Assembly: GCA_009103225.1 (NCBI GenBank)
Contig: RHPI01001010.1
Location: forward strand, 124,001-188,000
DNA length: 64,000 nucleotides
Source: Chlorokybus atmophyticus
Lineage: Eukaryota; Plantae; Mesostigma and Chlorokybus algae
Reading direction: 5' to 3'
Below the pieces are notes generated by a model that saw nothing but the letters and a program-made list of their open reading frames with translations, did not search any database and had not been told where the DNA came from. Shown piece by piece: positions 8,558 to 21,500 of the stretch. The position numbers and the translations under genes were made by a program. Positions within the stretch are counted from its first letter, which is position 1; each line of letters opens with the position of its first letter.

Positions 8558-11500
8558 ATGGCGGGTTACGTGGCGTCCGTAGCTTACGCGGCTGCCACCC
8601 GCGCGGCCTTGCGGGCGCTGGAGGCGGGACTCATGCCCGACGTCGCCACGAGAGCGGCCGTGCGGTACCTGCAGGGACAGAGGCTCAAAACCATGGACAA
8701 AAACACAACAGAGGTCTGGATCATGACAAGTTGGTACTGGCATTGCGTGGTCAGGACTATTATACTCGTTGCTACATCATGACTACAATGCGACAAGCGG
8801 CACGTGTACATCATGCGTTGACACTGACTGGCACCCACCCTGATCTATTGATAGAGTAAGCAACCTCTTGAGAATCTGTCTTTCGGTCAGGTGAAAGCTT
8901 CCTTGAACATGACTGCGTGCAATGAGTATATACAGCCAATGCAGTACACTGCTGCATTCTTGGATTTACATTGCGCATGCAAGTGTGTCTTTATGTCTAT
9001 GTCTAACCTGCGTCTATGCGAGCTCGTGTGCTATAACAGAAAAGGTAGTGCAGCTGTGCACACAGACTCTCTGTACGTACATGACTGCATTGCCATGCAC
9101 GTCTGCGTGCGTGTGCGCGTGCGTGCATACACAAGTGCGCTGCCATGAACGTGCTTGCATACACATTTGTCAGAGACACTCGAGACATTCAAATACACAC
9201 GCGCACGCGCAAGCGCATGTGTAGTTTGACCACACGCAACCATTATTGTAAACCAACCAACATCACCTCCGGCGTGTCCAGGAGGAGGAGGCGTCCCTGT
9301 CGGCGTTTGTGGATTGGACGCGTTCTCAGCCCGTCGCGCTGTCGACTAGCGAGGCCAACCAGCAGCACTACGAGGTGCCGACCGAGTTCTACCAACTCGT
9401 ACTGGGAAAGCACCTCAAGTACAGGTATGAGAGTGATGCAAGGGGAGTGTTTTGCAGTATGTGGTTCTAGTGGATGTGGGTATGCGCATGTGTGGATGTG
9501 TAGAGTCGCTACCGGGTGCTCGCACTCTTACACGTGTGTTATTGAGTTGTTGTGGTGGGGCATGTACTTGCCTGCGTGTGAACATGTACCCGTACGCGTG
9601 CACGACTGCGTGCATTTGCGTGGGTGTTCGTGTGTGTACATATATGCGTATGTATGCATGCATTCACGACGCGTGTGCATGTGGACAGCTGCTGCTATTT
9701 TGAGAACCCTTCCGTGTCGCTGGACGAGGCCGAGGAGGCCATGCTGAACCTCTACTGCCAGCGTGCGCAGCTTGAAGATGGCCAAGTGAGTTCTCAACAA
9801 CATTGGGTGGCTGTACACGGCATTCTTGCTCTTTGCCCTCGTGAGCTTGGTTTATTTATTTGATAAACACCTACATCATGCACCTAAGCTGACGCTGGAT
9901 CTAGTCTTACTGGGTGAACTCTCTTTGTTCAAGTCAACATACTATTCTTGGCTAAGAGCTTGGTTGAAAAGAATGCGAGGTGATTGGAGAACTTGTCACG
10001 GGTAGAATACTTGTTGTAGCAGGTTAAGGGGGCGCTCGGACTCACATAAGCGTGATTTGTCGATTTGCACAGCGCACACACGCACACATATATTGGCACA
10101 CGTACACGAGCGCATGCACTGGTGCATGCGCACAGACAGACACACGCAAACGTGCAGGAAGTGTTGGAGTTGGGTTGTGGTTGGGGTTCGCTGGCACTTT
10201 ACATGGCGGCGCGCTTCCCGGCCTCGCGAATCACAGCCGTCTCGAACTCCGCCACGCAACGACAGCACATACTCGCACGCTGCAGGTAGAGCAGCAGCGA
10301 AGTGCTGTCAAAGTTGTTCGTGCTAATGAGTGGGTGTCTGTCTCCGTCTTCAGGGAGAGGGGGCTGACCAACTTGACAATCATAACGGCCGACATGAACA
10401 CGTTTGATATCAGCGAGAGGCAGTTCGACCGTATCGTCTCCATCGAGATGTTTGAGGCATGTTGGCTATCGCACGCACGCACGCACGCAATTGCACACAG
10501 TAATATATGTGTGTCGCAACCCTTCTCTTTCGTGACATCACAATTGTCTTTCTGCAGCACATGACGAACTACGAGGAGCTCTTCAGGCGGATATCCGGCT
10601 GGCTGCGACCGAAGACGGGCCGGCTGTTCGTCCACGTGTTTGCTCACAAGACGCACGCGTACAAGTTTGAGAACAACGGGCCTGACGACTGGATGGCAAG
10701 GTGAGAGTGCATGTGGTGCTGCGCGCTTGTGTCTCACTTGTGAGTTGTACACACCAACGCAACAAGCTGTAGGCACATACAGTCGCACGCACGCATACGC
10801 CCGCATGCATGCTCCGGCATACATGTATGCGCATGCGTGCATGCGTGTGTGCGTGTGCACGTGTGCGTGTGAGCGCACACACGTGCGGGCACATGTGCTT
10901 GTGTATGCGTGTGCGCGTGTTTGTTGATGAGAGGACGACCTGTTCTTACCAACCTTAATTTATGGCAGGCATTTCTTCACTGGCGGAACGATGCCTAGCC
11001 ACGAGCTACTCAAGCGCTACACGGTAAGCACAAAAGTGCATGCACATGCTCTAAGCATACTTCACGTCACATCATGGAGTCAGTCACAAAATGGCACTTT
11101 TGATCTGTGAAAGCAGTTCTTGAAGGCATTGTGTAGTGGTTGTCGAAGTCACATAAGTATAGGCTTACGTGTTATGATTCTGAGCAACATCTCTCTTTTC
11201 TGTAACTGCAGAAGCACGTGAAGTGCATACAGGACTGGCAACTAAGCGGCACGCACTACCAACTCACAAGGTGAGATGACTGACTGACTGACCAACCCAC
11301 ACCGACACCATATCACCGACACCATATCCCAACACACCACCACATCAACACACATCCTGTACACCCGTGCTCATGATCAATACACATGCGTCTACCGCTC
11401 TCATCCACATCCCTAGCCTTCACACACACCCTCCCACCCACCCTCCCACCCACCCACACACCTCACACACACACCTCCCCTCCACAGTGAGGCTTGGCTC

Positions 11501-11707
11501 TCTCGCTTCGACTCCTCCTGGCCCCTCATCTCCCCCATCTTCGCCGCCACGTACGGGAGTGGACAAACCACCAAGTGGCGTTCCTACTGGCGCACCTTCT
11601 TCATAGCTTGTGCAGAGTGTTTTGGCTATGACAAAGGCAGGGAGTGGATTGTCTCGCACTACCTCTTCAGGAGAGCGGAGCAGGAGGAGGAGGAGGCGAA
11701 GGTGTGA
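8558..11707 (+). CDS. SAM-dependent methyltransferase, cyclopropane-fatty-acyl-phospholipid synthase / coclaurine N-methyltransferase-like family (about 9 exons)
   Basis: Spliced reading: [101 protein letters not shown]. Confidence 0.88.
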
Positions 11708-12522
11708 GTCGTGGTGTTGTGGGTTATCTGGGTTCGTTGGGGATGTTGGGTTCGAAGTTGTGTTCCCAGTGTCAGGTTGTTTCACGACCGCGGGATCAGA
11801 CTGATTAGACTGATATAGGTAGTAGTGTAGTGTTGTTCCTAGAAGTGTACTGTTGAAGTGTTCTATTCATTCTATATAGTTGGTGTTGGGGGTAAAGACT
11901 GCTGTGATGTTGCTGGTTGTGAGGACTGTTCATGATGCTCATTGTGATTATCACCAATGAGAGTGTCGACGATACCCCTCCATCACCATTGCCCAACAGC
12001 GCTGTACCAGCATGACGTCAAAGTCGCACAATGGTTCCAGAAGCGCTTGACTACCGCGAGTGTTGTATCACATGTCAAGAAACCCAATCTGCCTATGAGG
12101 CTCACATGATATCCTGCGCAGTGACTACATGCTACTGCCTCGTGAGCGTATACTAATCCCTTCTGCAAGGTTTCATCATGCCCACCCGTGCGCTTCATCA
12201 GCACCCAACTTTGCCTCCAACACCCGTCAACACCACACTCCTCCTCCACCACCCAACTAGCAGGCTGCATGCACGCACAGTACAAGAGGAAAATTGAGGA
12301 AGAGCGAATGATTGTGTGAAGGACACTGCACACATCAAAAAGGTATCTACTGTACTCATAAAAGGCAAAAGCGCTTTAACAAACTCACCTGACAGCTGTC
12401 AGACTCGTTTTCTATAAAAGAAACCAACACAGACTACATAAAGACAGGCTGGATGGAGCACTGTCGTGATGCTTGGGGAAAGTAGTCGTGGTGAATTGTG
12501 TCTTTTCACGTGAAGCGAGTGC

Positions 12523-13752
12523 CTAATCGTCATCCTTGAACTCCCTGCATCATATGGCCAATGTCATGGCAAATACTGACAATTCTACTACACAAGCTTG
12601 CATGCGCACGCTTGCATGTGTGCATGCTTCAGCGTGTGAGTGCAGGCGTGTACATATGCCTAGCATTCGAGTGCGCCCATGAACATGTGTATGCGCGCAT
12701 GAGTGCGTGTGGGTGCACACATTTGCAGCTCTGTGTGCACATGCGCTTAGAGTCATACGGTCCGGCCCTGTGTGCATCTGCATGTTGTGATACAATAGTG
12801 CAAGTGTACTTGCTTGCATGCCTGCATGACCACATATGCTTGCACATGGGTGTGCGTATGTATGTTACCTGCGGTCAAGGTAGCGTGGCTGTATGCCTGA
12901 TCCCGCACACACCGCGCACGACACCTCTCCACTCCCATCGCAGCTGATGCAGCTGCTCGACTGCGTGCTGCCGCTACCCATGTCGACAATAACCTTGCCC
13001 TCGCCAGAGCAGAACCGGCACGTCTCTGCATCGCACACAACATGAGCTTGAATACACTGAACACATGCGCAACGTGTAGCAACAATGCGTGGGTGCTTAC
13101 GCTTGCCGGTGCCTTGGCATGGGAAGCACGGCCGCGTGTTGCCGCGCTCAGCCTGCGAGTAAATATGTGTGTGTGATGCGTGTGTGATATGTTGAATGTG
13201 CGTCATCGGTTGAGGCGGACGTACAATGCGCCAATATGTGCATGTGACCCCGACATTGTGTAAGTGACATGGTGTCTCACGCACCTCTCGCTTCTGGGAC
13301 ATTTCGTAGAACACGGGCACGCCTATGCCGGCAGCCAAACCGACAACAGCCGCAGCAATACCCACCAACTGTGAAACAACAACAACAACAACACAATGCA
13401 TGTTAGGTGCCACACATGCGCGCACACGTATGGGTGGGTGGGTGGGCATTCATCATTGTGTGAGGGAGCAATGCTGAATGTCGTAGGCCTGACTTAGGTC
13501 TGGTTAACAAGTCTGAGCATTGACAAGACTAAGAATGAAGAATACAAATACAGACATCCAAGCATTGCTCACCGAGTCCGAGTCAAACTCCAGCGCCGCC
13601 CTGGTTGGCTTCCTCCTGGCGCATTGCTTGGCAGCGGCGGCAGCAGCAGCAGGCTTGGGCACCGGCGAGGGCGCCGTCAAAATAGCACCGCCCCGCCGCA
13701 GACCCAGGTAAGCCGGCAGCACGCCGGCACCCGCCATCTGCGAGGACGCCAT
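12523..13752 (-). CDS. LQY1: Thylakoid DnaJ-type zinc-finger protein disulfide isomerase LQY1
   Basis: Transit-peptide-like N-terminus, GIGVPVFYE TM segment, NTRPCFPCQGTG, CRFCSGEG, CISCDGSG and CAVCAGSG. C-terminus GIQPRYLDRREFKDDD* matches plant LQY1. Confidence 0.9.
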
Positions 13753-14101
13753 CGCTGCCGCCGCCGCCGATAAGGCCAGCAACGCCAATGCCAATGCTGC
13801 TGGCAATGCCGACCATACGTTAGCAGATCCACAACATGACGTTGGGTCTGTTTATCCGTCAAATAACGTAAGGAGCACCGCCAGGTTTTGTCCTTTGCGG
13901 GTTATGAGGTCGTGTGAGGAGGCTGTGAGTAACGTTAGGTGTGGTTTGTGGCTTAACAGCAGCTTGCGCGCTGATTGGCACACGTGAGCACAGACGAACA
14001 GAAAGTGATCGTAAAATGATCCAGGCAAAAACAGATCGCACGGTTCAGTGAGTCGAAGCCAGAATTAGCAAACAACCTGAACAAGACACTGCCAGCTGGC
14101 A

Positions 14102-14837
14102 ATGGCGCCGCTGGCGGCGGCGGCGGCGTCGCTGGCGGTGGAGGAAGCATCAGTAGATGCTGCTGTTGTGGTGTTGGGTTGCCGGGTGGACGCAGACGGA
14201 GCGCCTTCTGCTCAGCTTGCAGGGCGGGTGGCTGCGGGCGTGGCCGCCTGGTCCGGCCTGGGCGGCCGTGCTTGGCTGGTCTGCACGGGACACAACAGCG
14301 GGGGGCCCGTCACGGAGGCGGCGGCCGCGGCGAAGCACGCTGAGGGACTCGGAGCTAAGAAGGAGTGTATTGTTCAGGAGGAGCTGGCAGCAAACACCCT
14401 GCAGGTGCAGCAGGACACAATCTAGCATGTCATTGAAACTGCATTGGGATGATACTTTTATTGTTCAACAATGTCGCATGTCATCAATGTCGTTACTGTT
14501 ATGTATCATGTACGGCTAGTGGTGCTCACAGATATGATACGTGCAATGCAGAATGCTTTGTACACCAGGCCCATCCTTGAGAAGCTTCAAGTAAAGAGAG
14601 CTTTCATAGTGACGTCTGACTTTCATGTAAAGCGCACGAAGGCCATTTTTGCTGCCGTGTATGAAGGTAGCCATATAGAGGTAAGATGTGAAGCGTAGGA
14701 AATTATGTATGTGTAGTACACAATGTGCACTCATTGTGGTTGTGTTAACGTTGTCATCCTTGTTGATGCAGCTGGAATATGCTTCTGCACCCACCATTTT
14801 AACGGTTGCGCAGCGCGCCACACGGGAGCTTTGGGAG
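14102..14837 (+). CDS. DUF218 / YdcF-like protein (3' part probably lost at the gap at 14974)
   Basis: AAVVVLGCRV, LAGRVAAGV, LVCTGHNSGGPVTEAAAA, EELAANTLQNALY and FIVTSDFHVKRTKAIF are typical of DUF218. GT-AG exons. Confidence 0.75.
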
Positions 14838-14930
14838 GTATTGTGAAGTGGATACAATGCTGCCATGCATTGGTCTAAGCGGTGTTGTTCAAGTTGTTGT
14901 CACTATCATCATACGGTGTTGTTGCTGTGT

Positions 14931-14932
<2 letters not shown>

Positions 14933-14973
<41 letters not shown>
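14933..14973 (+). repeat. (TC)n microsatellite ending at N 14974
   Basis: Read directly from the sequence. Confidence 0.9.
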
Positions 14974-14974
14974 N

Positions 14975-16221
14975 GAGATGGGAGTTGCGTGGTGTTGAGG
15001 GCTACCCGAGCCACCCGTCCTTTTGGTTTGCGCGCGGGGCGGAGCGCACGTTTGCCATTGCGCACACCGTAAAACACGGGGACACGCTGGCCCGCATCGC
15101 AGTAAGGTATGGAGTTGATGTAGCGGAGGTGAAGCGACACAACATGCTGATGTCGGACCACGCGTTGCACTCGCGAGCGCGAGTACTCATCCCCGTGCGA
15201 CACGCGAATGACATAGCTGGCAAGGTAAGAGTTACACATGCTATAGTGGTGTAGTCAATGCATACCCAACATACTTTGCAATATTGCAATCCAGGCAATG
15301 CATGTGTGTACACACCCTCGACACACGCAGGATGAGTGACCTTGATACTCACACACATTCCATGCTATCATGTGTGCATGTTGTTGAAGCCAGCTTCTTT
15401 ATCATGCATGCAGGTTTGCAGCATAGAGTTGGACCCTCACTCGCGGCGTGAGTTTGCGTTGCTGTCAGATTCCATCAAACATGTTGGGAATACGCTTGAC
15501 GGCGATGATGATGAGAGGGAGTTGAGTGAAGAGGAAAGGCAGCATGCAAGGCGCGAGCTGATGGACAAGCTGCGGGACACACTTGTCAAGAGCTTGCGTG
15601 TTGAGAGCGCTGTGGCGGATTACTACCTGCAGAACAACAACGGGGACTTGCGGGCAGCTTACGCAGAGTACCTCAGGTGGGCATGTTGGGGTTGGCTGTA
15701 TGTTGGTTGTGTATGTGTGCTGATTGTTTGTGTGGGTATGTGCTCATCAGGGATAAAGAGTGGGAGAGGCAGCAGGGGCAAAAGTTGGCTGGAGCAACAT
15801 CTGTTGCGGCCTTGAGGAGTGGTTCATTCAGCTAGAGTGGTACATCAACGGCTGGTAGATTGACATCGAGTGTATACATCACGAGTTACGAGACTGGCTC
15901 GCAAGTAATCTGCAGCAGCTTTGCCTTGGCGCATGTGTAGCTCAATAAATAAAGCTGGGTTGCTGAGTCTATGATAGACAGCTTCATCATTCGTGGTTCT
16001 GATGAACTGGTGAATTCCATTTCATAGCCACAGGCGTTATTACTGTGAACCACACACAGCCAGTGAGGCGCATGTGTGCTGGGTAGGCAGCTACATGTGT
16101 GGCAGTCATTGGGTGGTGTGCATGCACGGCCTAAACCACCTATCACCCCACACTATCAGCCATGTCCTAATGTGGATGCAAATGTGAAGCTGTTTTGGGT
16201 ATGCTGTCGATAACACTCACA
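14975..16221 (+). repeat. 1247-bp apparently identical copy of 20015-21261 (partial F-box/LysM gene), next to N at 14974
   Basis: Constant offset of 5040 bp and no differences seen. It starts right after the N and ends at a poly-G run. Confidence 0.85.
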
Positions 16222-19200
16222 GGGGGGGGGGCTGTGCACGTTGCCGTGCTTGCACCCGCCATGTAGAGGGCCACATGCACTTGTTTAACAAGTGTCTCAT
16301 GTTGCTGTTGCATTGCAACGATACTGATTCGAGTTTGTTGTAGGAAGCAAGTGTATTGCGATTGCAAGGCCAGTTGATGGCCTTGCAGGCGAAAGCGATG
16401 GGGTCATTGCTTACAAGTATTGTATGATTGTGTTGTGCATGAGCTATTTGTGTTCCATAGCTACAATTGTTGAAAAGGTATCAACAAGGTCAATGAGACA
16501 TTGTCATTGATATTCTCGAAACACTATGGTAGTGTATATGATAGTTGTCAATCCATGATTGACATCCGCTATACGCTATACGGACCATCTTTCATTGGGC
16601 CTTGTGCGTACAATGCGCTCACATTAAGGTTGTCTTCGAATTGCACTTGTGTTTCCCACTCACGGGCCTTCATAATTATAACAAGCCAATCATTGCGGAC
16701 ACGTCACTGACTCCAAGTAAATAATATGTATGGCCATGCGTGTGCATAAGCATATGTGTGCATGCATGCGCAGCCAATTTGCAAGGCATGCTATCATGGA
16801 AATTTGGACATGTTTGACATAATGTGTTTTAACAGCAAGTGCAATCAACGGCAATGCCATGAGCTTGCTAAGGAACGATTTCATGATTATGGCGCGCTTA
16901 ACTCAACGCAATAACATTATTGTACTAATAATACTTCAATGCTTGTGGCAAATGAATACAGTGTGACATCATACATTAAAATATGTTGTCATTTAATAGC
17001 AAAGTAGTAATCAATTGTTAGTAATGATTGATGCGAAAGAAGATGCCAGTGGTATCAATGAAAATAACTGTGGGAAAGCCATTGCTTATCAATGTATAAA
17101 ACACCTCGATATTATACAAAAACGCGCTTGTACTAACATGCAGATTATATTCAAAAATGAAACACTTAGCTATTAAAAGACAATTCTAATATATGGTCTA
17201 TGGTCTACCTTGCTGTAATCACACTTGTTGTAATTACACCCTCGCAGTTGTGATTCACCTTTTGCATGACCAACTTATAGCGAGTATCACATGTTACGTA
17301 AGAACAGCTGGCGCTAGTAGCAAGCGTCATTATATCGAGAATGGGAAATGTACAATTTTGTGATTAAGGTGTTTCAATTTCGTTGTTGTAACCGCATGCT
17401 GTCACCACATGAAATGGTAATGACAATTCGATGTAGTGATGATTTTCATTGTATTGAAATGTTCGACTCTTGATCAAGCAATAACATGTAGTCCATATGT
17501 ACTACAATAGTTTTACGGTAATAAAATAAACCCTCGTAACAATGACAGGATGTCGCTAGCTATGTAGCATTAATGCGCTATAGTATAGACCATTGTATAT
17601 AACATCGAAGGAACAATAACATTTTCATATGGTAACAAGATGCTGCTACACATCCGTGGTCACTGTAACGGGGGTGGAATGTATTGATTATGTATCATAA
17701 CTTATGAATCATGTGTGATGATTGTTGTATGTAAACCATAAAGCATATAAATATAAAGCTTCATTATGTTTTTATATTAGATATATATGTTAACATTTTT
17801 GTAAATATTGTTATATATGTCGTAAATTGTAGCGATGAAACAATTAACAACAAACGCTTAATGTAATGCTACAATGATATAAACTTAGTCAATGATAATC
17901 AAAGAGATGTGACACATTGATGTCACTTGTAATCATTTACGTGTGAGCGCCCTCGTTGATGAAACGATTGCTCTTTGCATATCACAAACACTAAAGCAGT
18001 CCTTACAAACAAAAAACACATCGATAAGTTACCTTAATAAACACCATCAACTTGACGTCCACCATCATGCACAGCTTGCCCCGCACATGTACGCAGTGTG
18101 TGACTCACTCACACCTGCACCACCACCATCACTGGTCCACCAGTCTCAGCTGAAAACGTCCAGCAAGCTGGTGGTGTTTTCAGCTGAGACTCATGACACG
18201 GACTGGTGGAGCGTGGATATCACACTCAGTTGCGCAGTGCAGTCAGGCTTTCATGTAACGTACGACATCGGCGCTGACGTGGCTGTACCGCGGCAGCACT
18301 TTTCCACCGTCTCCTCCTCCTCCTGCTGCTCCTCCTCCTTCTCCGCGGCCGCCTCCATTCCATGCGCGACGATCTGCCCCAGCAGCTCGCCTGCATCTGT
18401 CAGTACACAATCCTCGGCCCCTCGCCTCTCTAGCATGACCACCGATAAACCCCCAGCCGCACCCAGTGAGCAAGCACTAGCTTCACTACTTGCTGCTGTG
18501 TAGTTTTCTATGTGTGTGTGTGTGCGGGGTTATTGGCTCTTTGTTGCGGCTGTGGCTTTGAGTGTGCTTTTGTGTTAAAGTGCGTGTATGATGACCTCGC
18601 AGGGTGTGCACACAGGCGTTGCATCCAGGTGTGTCCACAGCCCATACGCACAGACATAGCCAACGCAGGTGAGAGAGACCTACACTTGGTTGAATTGATT
18701 GTGTTCGCACCTTGCTGGTGTCACACACAAGTTCAACTTAGTTGGTACACACACACACATGCACGCACTCGCTGGCGCAGTGTCTCAGAAAGCATTCATG
18801 GGCAATGTGTTGGTGAGTGATGTGTTCTGTTTTCAGACAAGTGTGGACTCGAGGTCTGAGTTGCCTTTTCTTGTTTTTTTTTGTGTGTGTGTGTGTGCAG
18901 TGAGCATAATCACGCTTGCAGTCGCGCTGCCCGACATAGTGCGCTCCATCGACAACACAACCCATCAGGTATGTGCGTGCGTGCTGTGCGCACATTATAC
19001 ACTTTCCTGCAGTAAAACAAACTGACAAAACGAAACCAAATATTTTATACGCAAGCTTGTTGCATGGTTTTAAAGATATGGCATACTACCCCATCATGCA
19101 TGACGATATCGTCTCTGGAGGGGCTGGATCACTATTTGTGTATGATTGGTTACGAAGGTCAAGCTTTCTTTCTGCCTGCAGACACAAGTGTAATCAGCAA

Positions 19201-19352
19201 TACTTCCTTGCTATGCCAGGAAAGGAGTCAGTGTGAATGAATCACGTCTGTGAAGATCTTGATCACAGTTTGATGCTATGTTGTGGCAGAGTTGTCATCA
19301 AGCTGTAGCATCAAATGCTACAATTGCAAGCAGAGGCCACAATCCCAGCGAT

Positions 19353-20875
19353 ATGAACACAACACGACAAGCTGAAGTGGATGAGTTGAGTGCTCCACTT
19401 GATGAGCTCTCCCTTCAACAACAAGGTATTGAAATGGGCATACTCATGATGTGGATGTCACTGTTAACAGTATCAGCACTTTCTTGTTGATGAACCAAGC
19501 CAAACCTGCAGACAAGGTGGGAGCTCAACCGATATCCCCACCGTCCGTTGATGACGACGCGTGGCGGCTGATATTCGCGCGCCTCCCCGTCGACAACTTC
19601 CCCGCGTTGCAGCTTGTGTGCCGGCAGTGGCGACGGGTGGCAGGGGACGAACATTTGTGGCGCGACAACTTTGTGAAGGCAAGTTGTGCGGGGCGGGGCG
19701 GGGCGGGCGGGCGGGTGTGCATGCTTGTACGTGTGTACGTGCCTCTCACATATTTGCGCGCGTGAGCGCGGGTGGGGCGTACTTTTGTACTTGTGCACGC
19801 GTGTGTATGTTTATGCGTGTACTATGTGTGTTGAGTGTTCTTGTGTCTGGGATGCAGATGTACTTGAGTGCATCACTTTGGGTACATTTGTGTGCAGGGT
19901 ATATATATATATACGCGCACATCCACCCACACATGTCCAGGCAGTTCACATGCCAAGCAGTTCAGTAAATGCTGTTGTCGCATGCTCATGCTTGCCTTGC
20001 CGTGCATGCGTGCAGAGATGGGAGTTGCGTGGTGTTGAGGGCTACCCGAGCCACCCGTCCTTTTGGTTTGCGCGCGGGGCGGAGCGCACGTTTGCCATTG
20101 CGCACACCGTAAAACACGGGGACACGCTGGCCCGCATCGCAGTAAGGTATGGAGTTGATGTAGCGGAGGTGAAGCGACACAACATGCTGATGTCGGACCA
20201 CGCGTTGCACTCGCGAGCGCGAGTACTCATCCCCGTGCGACACGCGAATGACATAGCTGGCAAGGTAAGAGTTACACATGCTATAGTGGTGTAGTCAATG
20301 CATACCCAACATACTTTGCAATATTGCAATCCAGGCAATGCATGTGTGTACACACCCTCGACACACGCAGGATGAGTGACCTTGATACTCACACACATTC
20401 CATGCTATCATGTGTGCATGTTGTTGAAGCCAGCTTCTTTATCATGCATGCAGGTTTGCAGCATAGAGTTGGACCCTCACTCGCGGCGTGAGTTTGCGTT
20501 GCTGTCAGATTCCATCAAACATGTTGGGAATACGCTTGACGGCGATGATGATGAGAGGGAGTTGAGTGAAGAGGAAAGGCAGCATGCAAGGCGCGAGCTG
20601 ATGGACAAGCTGCGGGACACACTTGTCAAGAGCTTGCGTGTTGAGAGCGCTGTGGCGGATTACTACCTGCAGAACAACAACGGGGACTTGCGGGCAGCTT
20701 ACGCAGAGTACCTCAGGTGGGCATGTTGGGGTTGGCTGTATGTTGGTTGTGTATGTGTGCTGATTGTTTGTGTGGGTATGTGCTCATCAGGGATAAAGAG
20801 TGGGAGAGGCAGCAGGGGCAAAAGTTGGCTGGAGCAACATCTGTTGCGGCCTTGAGGAGTGGTTCATTCAGCTAG
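19353..20875 (+). CDS. F-box + LysM domain protein (plant type)
   Basis: F-box DDAWRLIFARLPVDNFPALQLVCRQWRRVA. LysM HTVKHGDTLARIAVRYGVDVAEVKRHNMLMSDHALHSRARVLIP. C-terminal CSIELDPHSRREFALL. Start codon uncertain. Confidence 0.85.
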
Positions 20876-21500
20876 AGTGGTACATCAACGGCTGGTAGAT
20901 TGACATCGAGTGTATACATCACGAGTTACGAGACTGGCTCGCAAGTAATCTGCAGCAGCTTTGCCTTGGCGCATGTGTAGCTCAATAAATAAAGCTGGGT
21001 TGCTGAGTCTATGATAGACAGCTTCATCATTCGTGGTTCTGATGAACTGGTGAATTCCATTTCATAGCCACAGGCGTTATTACTGTGAACCACACACAGC
21101 CAGTGAGGCGCATGTGTGCTGGGTAGGCAGCTACATGTGTGGCAGTCATTGGGTGGTGTGCATGCACGGCCTAAACCACCTATCACCCCACACTATCAGC
21201 CATGTCCTAATGTGGATGCAAATGTGAAGCTGTTTTGGGTATGCTGTCGATAACACTCACAACATACAGTAAAACCTGTGCTGTTGCTTGCTTATTGTGT
21301 GCGTACCTCATTCTGACATGATGCTTAAAGGTCTGCTCTAAGCATTACGAATTAGCAACACCTCGGAAAGCATTATCTGACAGCTCTTCAGCATGCTCCA
21401 ACTGATACGCAGTTTCTCAACTCTCCTGCAAATCGAACTGCTGATAGGCTCCAAAACTTTTTCTCCTCCGCTCACCTACCCGTGCAAGTGGCACCCACTT

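Noticed and set aside
14975-15835. Second functional F-box/LysM gene or DUF218-LysM fusion
   Set aside because: It lacks the F-box exons, is identical to 20015 onward and begins exactly at a gap N, so it is most likely a misassembly.
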